From positions 16,182,001 through 16,246,000 of the forward strand of contig OZ038378.1 of the NCBI GenBank assembly GCA_964036045.1: a stretch of DNA of 64,000 bases, written 5' to 3'. The notes beneath the pieces are model-generated. The model was given only the letters and a program-made list of their open reading frames with translations, was not told the origin of the DNA and made no database searches. Position 1 is the first letter of the stretch; each line of letters begins with the position of its first letter. Made by a program: the position numbers and the translations under genes. Below are positions 1 to 13,188 of the stretch, in pieces. The stretch is from Eutreptiella sp. 'Long Island Sound 2002'. Its lineage: Eukaryota > Protista > Euglenida.

Positions 1-1019
1 TCTTTCAGCACCTAAAGGTGAGATGATTTCCCCTGACCCAACACTGCAGACATGGACCACCTGCAAAGGCTCACTGCAGTGTATTTTCCGATGAAGGTGA
101 TGGCTGTGGTTTGGGTTTGGGGTTGCTCATGCTTTAAAACTGTACTTGATAAGCCCATGGCTTCGATGTCGTCTCAGCCACCATGTGGCTTCGAGCTATT
201 GGGGTCACAGCTGCATGCACACCCAGGAGCACACTGGTTCTCTGCCTTTCGGCCTTCCAGTAGTTGCCGCTACTGGGATGCAAACTGAATGCTGCCAATA
301 TGCCAAGCAAAACTGATGCACGAAAAGGCAACAAAACCAAAATTGCCGCATTGCGGAACAGAGCTCAGAGGTGAGAATTCATTCACTCATGCGATGCAGC
401 ACAGGTTGCCTCGTCTTAGTATCTAAATTCTTCCGCATTTTGCGTGAGGCAGTGCATGCCAACTGCTTGTCCAAGTCGCCCGAGGTGCCCAGTGAGCCCA
501 AACGTCCATTTTTTTCGAAGGAGACAAAACTTGCCCCCAGAGGGGTCTCGCCTAATTGGTGCCGATGTTTGCCTCTCCGCCCTCTCCCCTGTGGGCTTGG
601 ACATGCCGAACCCCCCCCCCCCCCAAAAAAAAATAAATAAGTCCCAAGGCTCAGTGACATGATGGCAAGGCATAGCAGGGCGCTCCATTCTAGACGCATA
701 CTGCTCTCTTAGCTAATTTTGTCACATTCTCAAGAGCCTGAATTGGGAATAAATCCTGAATATTCGACATATCGTTGAGTTAGAACCTAGGACCAAGACC
801 AACAGATTCGGCATTGAAAAGATGCATCCTTTTAGCCCCTCCAGTTGTGGTTTTGTGGCGATATATTGGAGCAATTGGCCCAACATGGTACACGGGTACC
901 TGTGCAACACAGAATTCGAGCAGGCTTAAATCTGGACCTTTCCGCAGAAAAATGGCCCGTGGCGCCAACATGTTGTTGAGTTGAGCTCTCTAACTGATTG
1001 ATTTTTGAATTCAGCACAC

Positions 1020-1210
1020 TGGGTGGACTAAGCATCCTGGAGTTGCATTTTGATCCACATAGCCCAAGATATGGCCTGTTTTCGGTTTGGGGCTGTCAGT
1101 GGCTAATCCGCGCAGATTTTGGGGCTCTTTGGTGCTTTTTTTTGAGGGGTTTCTCGGACATATCGTGGAGTCAGAGCACACCAAAGGGCTCTTTGACACG
1201 GGGAAGTCAT
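1020..1210 (+). repeat. Direct-repeat module also present at ~2545-2740, flanking the foldback
   Basis: Shared blocks gggtggacta, tagcccaaga, tttctcggacat, gtggagt and aaagggctctttg occur in the same orientation in both places. Confidence 0.65.
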
Positions 1211-1312
1211 GCTGCTCAGACCCCAGTTGTTGATTCCCAAAGGTTCCTTCGCTAATCTGGCCTAAAGACAGGCAATTTGCATTGTGTAATTTTATGGTTG
1301 CGATTTCCCAAG

Positions 1313-2504
1313 GTATCACTAGTCACTTGGGGGAGCCAGAGGGTAGCCTGGGCCGCGCATGGTGGGGGTCGACGGTGGGTCCACCAGGGTCCCCGGGGCG
1401 AAAAAACATTTTTCCCAAAGTTGTTCCTAGACCACTTGGGATGCTCAAACAAGTGTTTTTTTTAGCTTGTTTTGAGCCCGTGGTGGCGCGCTTTGGCCCT
1501 TTTGAAAATCCCAAAATGCCTTGAAAATGGGCCGTGTTGGAACCAAACATTGGTTAGAAGAGGGTCAAAAACACATTTTGCCAAAAGTGATCGTGGACCA
1601 TTTAGGGTGCACAAACAAGTGAAATGAGCCCATTTTGAGCTCGTTTTTGAGCCATTTTGGCCCCTCTAAGATCCCCAAAAGCCTTGAAAATAGGCCATTT
1701 TGTGAACAAAAACTGGTCAAAAATGCGTTTTTCCAAATGATCCTAGACCATTTGGGGTGCTCAAACGGGAGAAATGCGCCTATTTTGAGCCCATTTTGAC
1801 CCACTGTAGCCCATTTCGCCACATGTATGCACGAAGGGGTACACTTTCCACGTACCTTAGAGCTGTGTTGTGGAGCCACGTAGAGTTGGAGGATGTATCC
1901 TCTAATCTACATCCCTCTCTCCAACTCTTCGTGGCTCCACAACACAGCTCTAAGGTACGTGGAAAGTGTACCACTTGGTGCATACATGTGGCGAAATGGG
2001 CTAAACTGGGTCAAAATGGGCTCAAAATGGGCGCTAATGTCCCGTTTAAGCACTCCAAATGGTCCAGGACCCGTTTTCGTAAAAGACATTTTTCACCCAT
2101 TTTTGACGCGGTTTTGGTCGCAAAATGGCCCATTTTCCAGGGTTTTGGGACCTCAAAGGTGCCAAAAAGGCTCAAAACGGGCTCAAAATGGGCTCATTTC
2201 ACTTGTTTGTGCACCCAAGTGGGCCACGATCCCTTTTGGAAAGACGCATTTTAGACCCATTTTTGACCCATCTTTGGACCCAAACGGCCCATTTTCAAGG
2301 CATTTTGGGATTTCAGAGGGCCAAAACGCACCACCACGGGCTCAAAATGGGCTAACAACACTTGTTTGAGCATCCCAAGTGGTCTAGGAACAATTTTGGG
2401 AAAAAATGATGTTTTCCGTCCCATGGACCCTGGTGGACCCACCGTTGGCCCCTACCGTGCACGGCCCGGGCTGCCCCCTGGCTCCATCAAGTGACCAGTG
2501 GTAC
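1313..2504. mobile_element. Foldback-type element: ~1.2 kb imperfect palindrome with modular, internally repetitive arms
   Basis: Inner arms 1783-1891 and 1919-2027 are reverse complements (109 nt, 5 mismatches). Symmetry continues imperfectly out to ~1313/2504. The arms are built of tttgacccattttt/cccattttcaaggc modules. No coding capacity. Confidence 0.8.
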
Positions 2505-4320
2505 GCGGGTCTCGGCGTCTCGTTGGGCGATTCTAATGCTTGTGGTGGCGGGTGGACTAGGTGCCCTTGTATTTCTGATTTTGAGCTAGGTAGCCCAAGA
2601 CACAACCCGTTCTCGGTTATGGGGGTGTTTGACGCAAACTGCGCACAATCCGGGCCATTTTTGGCCATTTTTTGGCCGTTTCTCGGACATACCGTGGAGT
2701 TAGAGGGCAACAAAGGGCTCTTTGTCACATGGAGGTCAAGGCGCACCTGGACTGCAGCAACCGTATCCCTTCGTTTTGCCGTTTTGAATGAGCTTCGGGG
2801 CCGTTTCGGGCCAAAAAAAGGCTGGTTTAAGGCACAAAATGCGCATTTTTTGGAGGGCATCTCCCAACACGGCGCCACCACCCCGGCACGCCACCGGTGA
2901 GTTTTTGGCTCAAAACTTGGATTTGGCAAGGGAACCACCTAGGCTCTAGGATGGCCAGATTAGGGAAGGGTCCGAGGTGTTGGGACGGAGCAGCGGCCAA
3001 CACGGAAACGTGAAGTGCTTGCTTGTTGCTTGCTAGTTGTTGTTGTTAGCTAAATTTAAGGGGAGAGGGGTGTAGTAATATATGGCAATCATATGCTTTT
3101 GCCCCCCCCTCCCCCTCCTACTATTGGGTTGTTCCTCAATGGGAACTAAGGATATCCCCCCTATTTTGAGGGTGGGGAACTCAAAAAAAACATGTTTTTG
3201 AAGGTATTTAGATGGGTAGGGGTGGGTTTTGGGGCCTGCAAAGGGGTTGGAAATACTAAAAATAGTTGATGGCAGTAGGTATTGAAACATTATCCGGGTC
3301 ACTATAGTGTGGAAGTATCATGCACAATATCTTGGCTTCTGAGAGGTAGAGGTGGGGCAAAGGAGGGTGACGTGCAGAAGTGGCGGATGGGAACGGGGAA
3401 GAGGGTCAGCGAGTGTGTGTTCCCCCAACACCATTGTCTCACTCTTCCTGCTGAATGCAGCCGAACTCTCATTAAATAATGAATCAATAAACAATGATGA
3501 ATAGATTGAATTTGATTTAATGAATCAATGTTTCATAATTGCTTGCCCAGATATCCTCGTCCAGATGTAGGCAACCAGATGCAGTGTGTGTAGGTGTGCA
3601 CACCCACAAAGAGGAGGTGTTGCGCATTTATCAGTGCATTGCATCGCCAGACATTTTGCCGTTGGTGTTGCTAGTGGAGTGTGCACGTTGATTCTGTGGC
3701 CCTGGGACTCATGTGGCTGTGGGGGCTCAAGGTCCAGTTGACAGTGATGACAGGTGGAGAGCAGGCCAAGGCCTCAACGGATCCGTGCCCCTCAAGGAAC
3801 TCGTCATTGGTGTCTAGTGATGTGCAGCCCCATGGCCCCTTGCTACCATCCCCACATCACTGGTCAAGAGCACCTGCCAAACTGCCAAACTGCCAAACTT
3901 CATGGCCTGGAAGTGACTGAATGTGAAGCCTGTCAGCTCTGGCACAGGACTTGTATGCCACTGGAGCAGAACGCTGCAATTGTGAGCCCAGATATTCCGC
4001 TCTCACCCACAAAACTGTCAACCTCCTCTTGTCCCCGTTTTCCCATTGCAACACCCCCCCCCCCCCCCCAGAACTGACTTCAACCAACAAGCAGGTAACA
4101 CAAAAGACATCGCTCTGGCCACAGGTTGTACTATCGGGTAACCCATGGGCCTTCATCGAACAGCCGTCCATCGTTCATCTCTCACCACCTGCACATCTCC
4201 CCGCCCTTTGCCCCGCGCTGACCCACCTCTTGAGGAGTGCTTATGTTGAGCCATTCAGTTTCCTCCTTGGACCACATACCCCCCCACCTTCTTGGCGCAC
4301 TCACTGCTCCTTGTGCACAG

Positions 4321-4384
4321 ACTGGTCATGGTGAAGGGCGATGTTGCACTGGACATGAGGGGCCGCTGCTCTGCTGGACAAAAG
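4321..4384 (+). CDS. RAD50: RAD50 exon (ABC signature motif)
   Basis: tgcacag|a ctg gtc atg...gga caa aag|gtggca; encodes [10 protein letters not shown]. Confidence 0.92.
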
Positions 4385-7300
4385 GTGGCATCTGCGTGTC
4401 TTCTACGTTTTTTTCTGGTCTCTGGCATATTGCTCCCTGAAAGCCCCTGCTTGTGCACTGTACCACGCTGAGGCAAACACTGAGGTAGGCGCACGTGGAT
4501 CACTTAAATGCTACAGCACACACGAGAGGTGCACAGGGGATGGAAGCAGTCCGCAGCCGAGTGTAGGATGCCAAAGGGTTGAAAGAACGGGGTGTTGGAT
4601 GCCGGAGAACCAACAGGGGGGTCCTGCTTGCCAAATCACGGACACACCGGGGGTCTGGACATCAAAGAACTGAAACAGGGGGGTTCCTGGATGCCAAACA
4701 ACCGATGCGAGGAGGCCAGAAATCCAGAGAGGGGGGGGCTGTCTAGGACCCAGAATCCCACAGCAGGATGTGACAGCAATTGGGGGGAGCAGGGACGGGC
4801 CTGCAGCTGATATACAGGGACTGAAGTTCTGCAAAATCGGAGGGTGAGGAGACTCCGTTTGGTCCAGGGGCCGAAATTCAGAATGGGATCTGGGGACTGG
4901 GGGGGGGTCTGGGCCAGAAAACAGGGGGATTTGGGAATTAAAGTGAAGTGAATTCTCGGGCACTGAAGTGCAGCAAATGCTGGGGTCTAGAGGCTGGAAT
5001 GCACTCAATGGGGGAATGGGGGGTCAGGGCACTCAGGCTTAATGAATAGGAGAGTCTGGGTGCTGATCAAGATCCAGTACTAATGGCTGTAATGTGGTAG
5101 ACAGCGGAGTGTGGGGTTGGCCCTGTTGCATGAGTCAACCCGACTCATTCCCATCCACGCCGTCCTGACCCTTTCGGCCGTCACTGTGTCATTAGCCCAA
5201 CTGGAACTCGCTGGCTGGCTCTGAGCTCTGCAACCCAAGGCAAGGTGGGTGGCAGGCCTGCCTCTGCTCCTGCAGGACCTTTGAGATCGCAGCGATTGCC
5301 TGTTTCTGCTGCACTGGGCCCTACTCGTGGGCGTGTAGGTGAAGTACGCAGTCTGTGGGCATGCACGTGGCACATGGCCACCACCACATTCCTTCCAACG
5401 GGCCACACGGGCATATGTCCATGGAACAGCCAGGTTGGCCACTGCATGGCTGCAGGTACCCACACCACCAGTACGTCATATTCCCAAACTCCGGAACAAT
5501 TCCAAATCAAGTTGGGAACAGCCTGGTTTTGCGCGCGTCTTTCGTTTCGTTTCGTTTCGTTTCTGGTGAGGATGTGGTTTAGGGGCATGGTATGGGGCAT
5601 GTCATGGGGTGTGGCACAGAATATGGTGTGAGGCGTCGTAGCGGAAGGTGTACATGACACGTGACATCGTAATGGGTGTGGTATGGAGTATGGCAGTGTT
5701 GTATTGTGTCGTTGTATGTGGTATGGTATTGGCTGTGGTGCGGCGACGTGGGGTTGGTGTAGGGCGCGGTGTGAAGCTGTTGTCATGTGGTGCACCCGTT
5801 TATGCCCCTGATCTTTAGGTTTTGGCTTCGTTGGTAATTCGATTGGCTCTGAGCGATGCGTTTTGTCATCAGTGCTCCATTTTGGCATTGGATGAGCCCA
5901 CTACAAACCTGGATCAGGTACAAATTCCGTTCACTCGCCTGTATGCATGACTGGCCGCATGCTGATGCTGAGTACCGAGACCTTGCATTGCAGGCGCACT
6001 GGCCTAAGATCTGTGGCAGAGCAGTTGCCACATACGCCTATGCACCAAAATGACAGCAGCTTGCCTCCAAAGGGCCCGGCACCCATGGCCGCTGCTGTAT
6101 GTGGGGCGCCGAGTCGTGAATGCTGCATCACTCTGCCAACCACGACCGAAAGGGGTGCTATCGCTTACTGAGGAGGTTGCATTGCCAAGTATGAGGAAAA
6201 CGCTCCCCTCGAGCCGCGGGGGCAGGGGCAGCTCCAACTTGATGATGGGGGGCACCCCATCCCAGATTGCTTTCAAGAGAGGGGGGGCGGGGTTATAAAG
6301 GGGGGAGGATGGAAATGCAGTGAGATGGGACCGTGCAACAAAAACGTTCAACCAAATTTTTAGTTGTTACCTACGCTGAAAAGTGGTGCAGTGTTTGGAG
6401 TGAAAAAGTGGATGTGGTGGTTTCGATGTAATGGAATGTTATGTGCAGTCAATTTCTATGAGGAATTGCAGGTATTCTGTCCAACAACATCCGAATCCCA
6501 AATCCCTGCCCAGGCTGATACGAATTCCAGCTTGGTTTGGATTGCAGCCCCCCGGTTTTCGATCACAACAACAGTGTTCCGTGGGGGGGGGGGGGGTCCG
6601 TTGGTGTGTATACCCCGCAGTGTAGCTGCCACCCACATGGGGTGTGCTGCACACATGGAGAGTGGCAACCGGTTGTGCACATAAATGGGGACCTACCAAG
6701 AGAGAGCGTCCTGGTCTCACAGCCGGGCAGATTGCTGCCCATTGATCGCCTAGCGCACTTAATCGCGGCAGCCTCCTAGAGGCGTTGAGGGGTTCAGCAC
6801 AACGCCCAGGCACGCGGATCCGACAAAGGCGCACAAACAATATTGGCGTGCAATTCTGATTGGTGGGCCCCGGGGACATGGACACTGCCCCGTTTACGGG
6901 TGTGCAATGGCATCCTAGCGCTTCGGAGATCACCACGACGAGACCCCCGAAGGGGTGTGGGACCTGGCCTGTGTAGCCTTGGCCGCCAGTTTGGAGGGAT
7001 GCAGCACAGTGCAGCGCACCGCAAATTAGAATAGCATAGGGCAACACGATGCCCAAGCACACGGAGCTGAAAGAGGCGCACAAAGGAGATCAGCGCCTAA
7101 ACCTCGTAGGCACGCCCCGGGGGCTCGGATTCGGCCCCGCCAATGGGTGGGCGGCCCTATCCAAGCACTTCAGAGGTTACCCAGACTTGGCCCCAACGGG
7201 AAGAGTGGCCCTGCCCGGGTAGCCGCGGCCGCCACGCCTCACGGAGGCAGCGTAGCGCACAACGCAGTGCAGCATGCCAGAGCCGGCAGAGGCACACAAC

Positions 7301-10300
7301 GAAACTTGCCAGCACACGACAGCACACAGCACACAGTATAGTAGAACAAAGCAAAGCAGTGTACCACAACAATGGTGGTGGACAGCCACACCACCCGCCG
7401 CAAGCACCGGCACCAGCCCACACCCAACGTCCAGGGTGGGGGCTAGACCCACCACACGGGCACTTCACCCACGCACAGCCGCCACCGCCCACAAACAAGG
7501 CACGCGCGCAAGCCTCAGGCCCCGGGGGCTTGGACTCAGGCCCGCCAATGGGTGGGCGGCCCTATCCAAGCGCTTCGGAGGTTACCCGAACTCAGCCCCA
7601 ACGGGGGGAGCAGCCCTGCCCGGGTAGCCGCTGCCGCCACGCCTCACGGAGGCAGCATAGCGCGCAACGCACAGGCGGCATGACATCGCCAGCACACGAT
7701 TGCGCGCAGCACACTGTACAGCGGAGCAAAGCAAAGTAGTGTACCACAACAACAGCGGCGGACAGCCACATCACCCGCCGCGAGCACCAACACCAGCCCA
7801 ACACCCAACACCTAGGGTGGGGGCCAGACCCACCACACGGGCACTTCACCCACACACAGCCACCGCCGCCCACAAACAAGGCACGCACGTGGAGCACCAC
7901 CAAGGGCCCATGACCCCACGCCCCAACGCCAACACGGCACCCACCACACGCGCAACAACCAGGGCCACACTTACACACAACATAGAAGGGATGCTTCCTT
8001 GATGCACTCCCAGGAGCCATCACCACCCCGACCACACCGGGAGGAGAAGGCAACCCAAACCTAAGTAAGGGGGTCGCCCCTGCAGGGTTTTGGAAGCGGG
8101 CTACGCGGTTGTCCATTGGGCAGCAACCTAAAACATGTGTTGCTAAGTTTTGCCACCAAGGCCTAGTGCAGGGGCCTTGGGCACGCTTATGAGACACAAC
8201 GTCCAAATCATTGGTGGTCATTGCACACGACCAACCAGGGGGTGGACTCACACAAGTCCCTAGCTCCGAGATGTGGACAGCCCGGAGTGAAGTCCTCAAA
8301 CGGGGAGCCCCTCAGCAGCCCAGAAAGCAAAAGAGCAACAACACACCACATTCACCCTAGAACAACCCCAACAAACACCAGTGACAGGTCAGTTTGTACA
8401 TTTGGAGACATGTGCAAAAGTGCTCGGTGCCCCTAGTACCACCCAACTGCAAGTGGGACAACCCGACAACCACAATGTGAGGTAGGGAGCGACATGGTGC
8501 CCCGCCGGCGCCGCACACCAGCAGCGGTGAGCATGCCAGCAGAAAAAGAAAGAGCCCGAAATTGGGAGGAACGTAAGCAACAAAGCAACTGGGCACAGAG
8601 CCGCCCCACACACGGTAGTGAGACGAGCCCCAACAGGACACACAACAATATACAAGGGAACCATGAGGTGCGAGCACTGCAGCAACCACCAAATGCGGCG
8701 CACGCCAAGCGAGCCATCAGCAACCCCCCCCGCCCCCTCCCTCTACAAGGTACCCACATGCTCCACAGGGGCGGGGGCTGCACCCCGCGCGCCGGGAGGT
8801 GCCCGCCACGGGGATGGCAACAGGGCCGTGACCAGCCAACCGCACACGGGACAGTCCACGTCGTACGGAGATGTGAAATCCTTGTATGGGGGGTCAGGCG
8901 GGTGGGGCAGGTGTGGGTGCGCGATAGGGGCACCCAGGAGCGCCAACAAACAAGGGGAGGAGCAACACAGATATACAGGACGCGGGAGCCACACCAGGAG
9001 GGACAAGGGCGAGCACAACAGACAAGGAGGAGGGGCACAACGAGGCAGGAGAGGCAACCAGAACAGCGGGAACAGGGAACCGGAGTGGAGGGGATGGGAG
9101 AGCGTGCGCATGGGAGGCAGCGACAATAAAGGGGATGGCTTGGCCAGCCAGCCCCGTCGCTACCGGGTGCCAAGGGCAACCCTTGCTCAACCGGCATCAG
9201 GTGGGGGGTGTCTCCCGCAGCCTAGGTGGGCTGTTTGCGCAACAGGAGCAGGAGCAGGAGCCCATCAGGGGCAGACCAGCTGTGAGGGGGAGAAGGACAT
9301 ATGGTAGACGGCCGGGACAGCGCGTGGAGGAACAGGGCACCTGGGCCTCACGCACACAGAAACACAGCGAGGCAGGCTACGGACGGCCTGTGGTCAGAGG
9401 TGCGTGGACAGCAAAAACAGTCCAACGACCCCGGCAACAACCAGCACATCCCATCCTCAATACGCCAACTATTGGGCACCGCTGACGCGCAAACGGCACA
9501 CCATGCCACATTCAGCACAGCCCCAACACACCAACTACTGGGCTCCGTGAACGCGGAAACGACACCAGCAAGAGCACCGGCCGCAGCGGCCGACAGAAAG
9601 CAGCAACCCAACGCCACATGTGAAGGGAAGAACGGGTGACTGTCCAGGCCCCGTAAAGGAACAACAACTGGACGGAATGTCACGCAGGGGGCGGGGCGGG
9701 TTGGCATATGCTGACAGAACTCTGACAAAATTAGGGCGTACCACGAAGGATTTTGAGGGGGGGGCCATCCCATGTCAGATCCTTGCAGGGGGGGGGAGAG
9801 GTACTACCCTCTTACAATGATGCGTCACGTTCCGAAATACTCGATTTTTGCAGATTTGCCCGAGGAAGCGGGTGAACTGCAGAGAGTTGGTCGTCACCGT
9901 TGGCGGATGTCAAAAAGCCGCACGCGAAGCTGAACAGACGCATGGATTTCGACGACGAGGCAGATGCCCCAATCCCGATGACCCCACCGCCCCAATAATT
10001 CCCCGATGCAACTCCCAGTCGCGTACCATTCGCCTTTTCCTTGTTTCTGATTTTGTTGTGTTATTTTTTCTGACAGTGCCTCCCCTTCTCCGCTTTTTGC
10101 GGCCTGGCCCTTTCCTGAAGCAGGAACGTGTGGGTCGGTGCACGTGCCATTTCCAAACGCATTTGCGGTGGACTCTTTCTGCAGGAGAACATCAATTCAT
10201 TGGCCATGTCGCTGTCCGCGATCATCAAGAACCGCGCAGATCAGGGCGCGTTTCAGTTGGTGGTGATTACCCATGACGAGCACTTTGTGCGGTGTGCTTC

Positions 10301-13188
10301 GCCCCATGACCGTCGTTATGCCATTGCACTGCGCGTCTCCATTGCACTGCGCGTCTCGGCCGGGCCACTGGATGGGCTCGCCACATGGAACCGGGACCAG
10401 ATACCCTGGGCCACGGGGGTGGGGGGGGGCGACTCCTCGGTTCTGGACGCCAACTACCCCCCCCTACTAACTGTTGGCCGGAGGCCCTTTTTTGCAGTAA
10501 CACAAAGGTACCTATGGTCTTATAGGCCACTGACGAGCCCATTTCCTTTCTGCGCTTTGTGCTGTCTGCCGCCAGTGCACACGTGACATAGCCCAGAGTT
10601 CCTTCGGGGGGGCATGCGAGGGGGGGGGGGGGGGTTCTGGGAGGGGCGGAGGGGGGGGTCCGGGGGGCTTTTGCGGGGGGGGGGGGGAGGGAGGGTTGGT
10701 TGGGGGGGGGCTGGGTCCAAGTGGGGCATCTTGGGGGGCACATGCCCCCAAGGCCAAGCGTTGCTCCATCACTTACCTCCCTCGCCCTCCCTCTAACCAT
10801 ACCATCACCCTAACCAAGATTGAATATTGGGACCGAGCTGGTGGGGGAAGGAACATCGTCTGGGAGACTTCAACAACAAATGAGGTACGCACTGGAAAGT
10901 GGATGAGAGCGGCTTAAAAGGGGCTCAAAATGAGCTGTATTCATCCGTTTGGGCACCACAACTGGACTAGGATCATTTTTGGAAAACCATGGTTTTTTAT
11001 TCATTTGTGGCCCCAAATTGGCCCATTTTCAAGGCCCTTTCGGCCCTGAGAGGGGCCAAAATTGCTCAACATGGGCTCAAAATGGGCTCATTCCAATTGT
11101 TTCTGCACCCCAAATAGTCCAAAAGTATCTTTGGAAAAACACAGTTTTGATCCATTTTTGACTGATTTTTGGTCCCAAAACAGCCCATTTTCAAGGCGTT
11201 TTGGGGCTTTGGGGGGGCCAAAATGGCTTGCAATGGGCTCAAAAAGGGCTCATTTCACTTGTTTAGGCACCCCAAATGGTCTTAGGATCATTTTTGGAAA
11301 ACCACATTTTTGACCCATTTTTGGTTGCAAAACAACCCATTGTCAAGGCGTTTTGTGACTTTGGAGGGGCCAAAATGGCTTGCAATGGGCTCAAAATGGG
11401 CTCATTTCACTTGTTTGTGCACCCCACATGGTCGAGGATTATTTTTGGAAAAACACATTTTTGACCCATTTTTGACCCATTTTTTGTCCCAAAACTAGCC
11501 CATTTTCAAGGCATTTTGGGATTTTCGCAGGGCCAAAACGGGCCACCACGAGCTCAAACCGCGTCAAAAACACTTGTTTTGGCATTCCATGTGGTCCAGG
11601 ATCATTTTTGAAAAAAGTCATTTTTTTTGCACCTGGTGGACCTTGTTGACCCATTTTGGCACCCACCTCTTTGGGCTACCACTTGCAGCTTGCTGCAGCC
11701 CGGTGGGCCTGGGTACTGGGGTCTAGGCATCGGTTAGGGCAATTTTGAGGGGTGGAAACCACCAAAAGTGGGTGGTTGCGGGTGGATTAGGTGCGCTGAA
11801 AATCGCGTTTTGAGCCATGTAGCCCAAGATACGGGTGGGGGCGGGGTAACCCAAAAGTGCATGCGGGGGAGATACGTCATGGGGGGGGGGGGGGGCACAG
11901 CCAGGAGATGCATGGTGGTGTTGACTGCCCGGCCCTCAGTTGGGAGGCGGTAGGCGTTGGCGCTGGTTGTGCTGCGGTGTTGGCCCCCCTTCTGCGTGTT
12001 TGTCTTGACAGCAGGTAAAGTGATGAGCGCATCAAAGCACTTTACTGTGGGGCATGGGACTGCGGTGTCTGACAATCGTTGGGTGTGACTTCCGGTGCGA
12101 TCAATGTCAGGGCACCGGCGGTTGTTTGGACAGAAGATTGTTCGTGCATGTCCCCGTTTGGCTGATTTGGAGCGTTTTTGAGTGTGTGCGCGGGAGGAAT
12201 TGGTCCAATGATTGTGGGCAAACAAATGTTTTGTGGTGCGTTAGCCAAAGATTCTGTTTGCCTGCCTTGAAGAGGACAGCTCTTGGGGCAGGGATGGGGG
12301 CATGTGCCACAGATGCCAACGGAATGTCCCCATGCCCACGTGACATCATGTCTTGACGAAGGCGTAGAGCAAAGGAGCGCACAATTATTCACGTGAGAAA
12401 AGAACTCAAAACAGAGGCTCTTCGGGGCCGTAGATGCACAATCCCCGACCTTTCCTTGATGCTTGAGGACGCTGAACAGTGGGTGGTGTGGCACACGAGA
12501 GAGGTCCGGCAGTGCACTGCAGGCCAATGGCGTTGCTGAGGGAAAGTCTGCGCAGGGCGCGCACACGACCGTGCAATGAGGATGCATTGGCCTTGCAACG
12601 AGACTGCCGCTGCAAGTGTGGCATTTGTGCGAGTACGCGGCTTTTGCGCCTCAGAAACATGACTTTGAGTCGGGAATCGGTGATGTTGAGTCAATGCAAC
12701 AATGGCAGCGTGACCGCGTTGTTCCGCAGATTGCGGGCGCGCCACGCACTCCCCCTCTCCTTGAGAAACATTCTTCGGAACCCTTGAGGGGATTGATCTC
12801 CCCCAATCCCGCCATTGAGTCGGCATCACTGATTGGCACATCACATGGCACAGAGCTGAATCCTAACAACACGCACTTTCTATGCTGGAAGCAAATGGCA
12901 TGCGCGTTGGGGACCCAGTCCCCCCCCCCCCCTTCAGTCAGCCTTTATGGCACAGTCCCCCCCCCCCCCTCCCCATGGCTTCGTGCCAAACCCCCCTCCC
13001 CATCACTAAACGGAACCAGCCCTCCACAATCTTTTTTGCACTGACCCTCCCACCTCCTCCATCCCTCCGTCTTGTTCCGCTTCAGGAGCTTGGGGTCAAT
13101 TAGTGGTGTGGAGGAGGTCTACAAGATCGCGAAGGATTTCGATACTCAATGCAGCTATATATTGGGGGTCCCGTTCAACGAACTGTAG
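4321..13188 (+). CDS. RAD50: RAD50 DNA repair ATPase, 3' part; join(4321..4384,5819..5917,10185..10291,13086..13188); 5' exons not found, probably upstream of the window
   Basis: The spliced translation is (R)[21 protein letters not shown]|[33 protein letters not shown]|[36 protein letters not shown]|[33 protein letters not shown]. It contains the Rad50 ABC signature (CSAGQK), Walker B/D-loop ([11 protein letters not shown]) and H-loop (VITHD). All introns are GT-AG with consistent phases; the stop is TAG at 13186-13188. Confidence 0.95.
5819..5917 (+). CDS. RAD50: RAD50 exon (Walker B / D-loop)
   Basis: tctttag|gtt ttg...gat cag|gtacaa; 33 codons, [11 protein letters not shown]...[12 protein letters not shown]. 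Confidence 0.95.
7133..7890 (+). repeat. Tandem duplication of a ~405-bp unit
   Basis: caatgggtgggcggccctatccaagc at 7141 and 7546, with collinear similarity downstream. Confidence 0.85.
10185..10291 (+). CDS. RAD50: RAD50 exon (H-loop)
   Basis: ttctgcag|gag aac...gtg cg|gtgtgc; ENINSLA...[13 protein letters not shown]. Confidence 0.93.
10431..10815 (+). repeat. Dispersed G/C-run-rich repeat family (other copies ~17440-17735 and partly rearranged ~16625-16720)
   Basis: Shared ggttctggacgccaactacccc...ctaactgttggccggaggccc head and cttacctccc...ccctccctctaaccataccatcacc tail. Confidence 0.75.
10915..11850 (+). repeat. Single arm of the foldback family (same orientation as the right arm at 1920-2510), plus flanking module
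   Basis: Repeated tttgacccatttttg...cccattttcaaggc...ggccaaaatggct...ctcatttcacttgtt modules. Confidence 0.75.
13086..13188 (+). CDS. RAD50: RAD50 terminal coding exon
   Basis: cttcag|g agc ttg...ctg tag; phase matches the upstream exon; [18 protein letters not shown] resembles the Rad50 C-terminus. Confidence 0.85.

Noticed and set aside
1-23. Possible RAD50 exon end FQHLK|gtgaga at 1-17
   Set aside because: The exon needed between it and 4321 (MEEIN...SYNYR) could not be found in 18-4320, so the match is unsupported.
8433-9307. Overlapping 200-250 aa ORFs on both strands
   Set aside because: These are GC-rich, low-complexity repeat DNA inside a RAD50 intron with no domain motifs.
10819-10884. 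66-nt frame-preserving cassette exon candidate in a RAD50 intron (ag|...|gtacgc)
   Set aside because: It would insert 22 aa right after the conserved H-loop, its acceptor lies in a repeat tail with no pyrimidine tract, and nothing else supports it.
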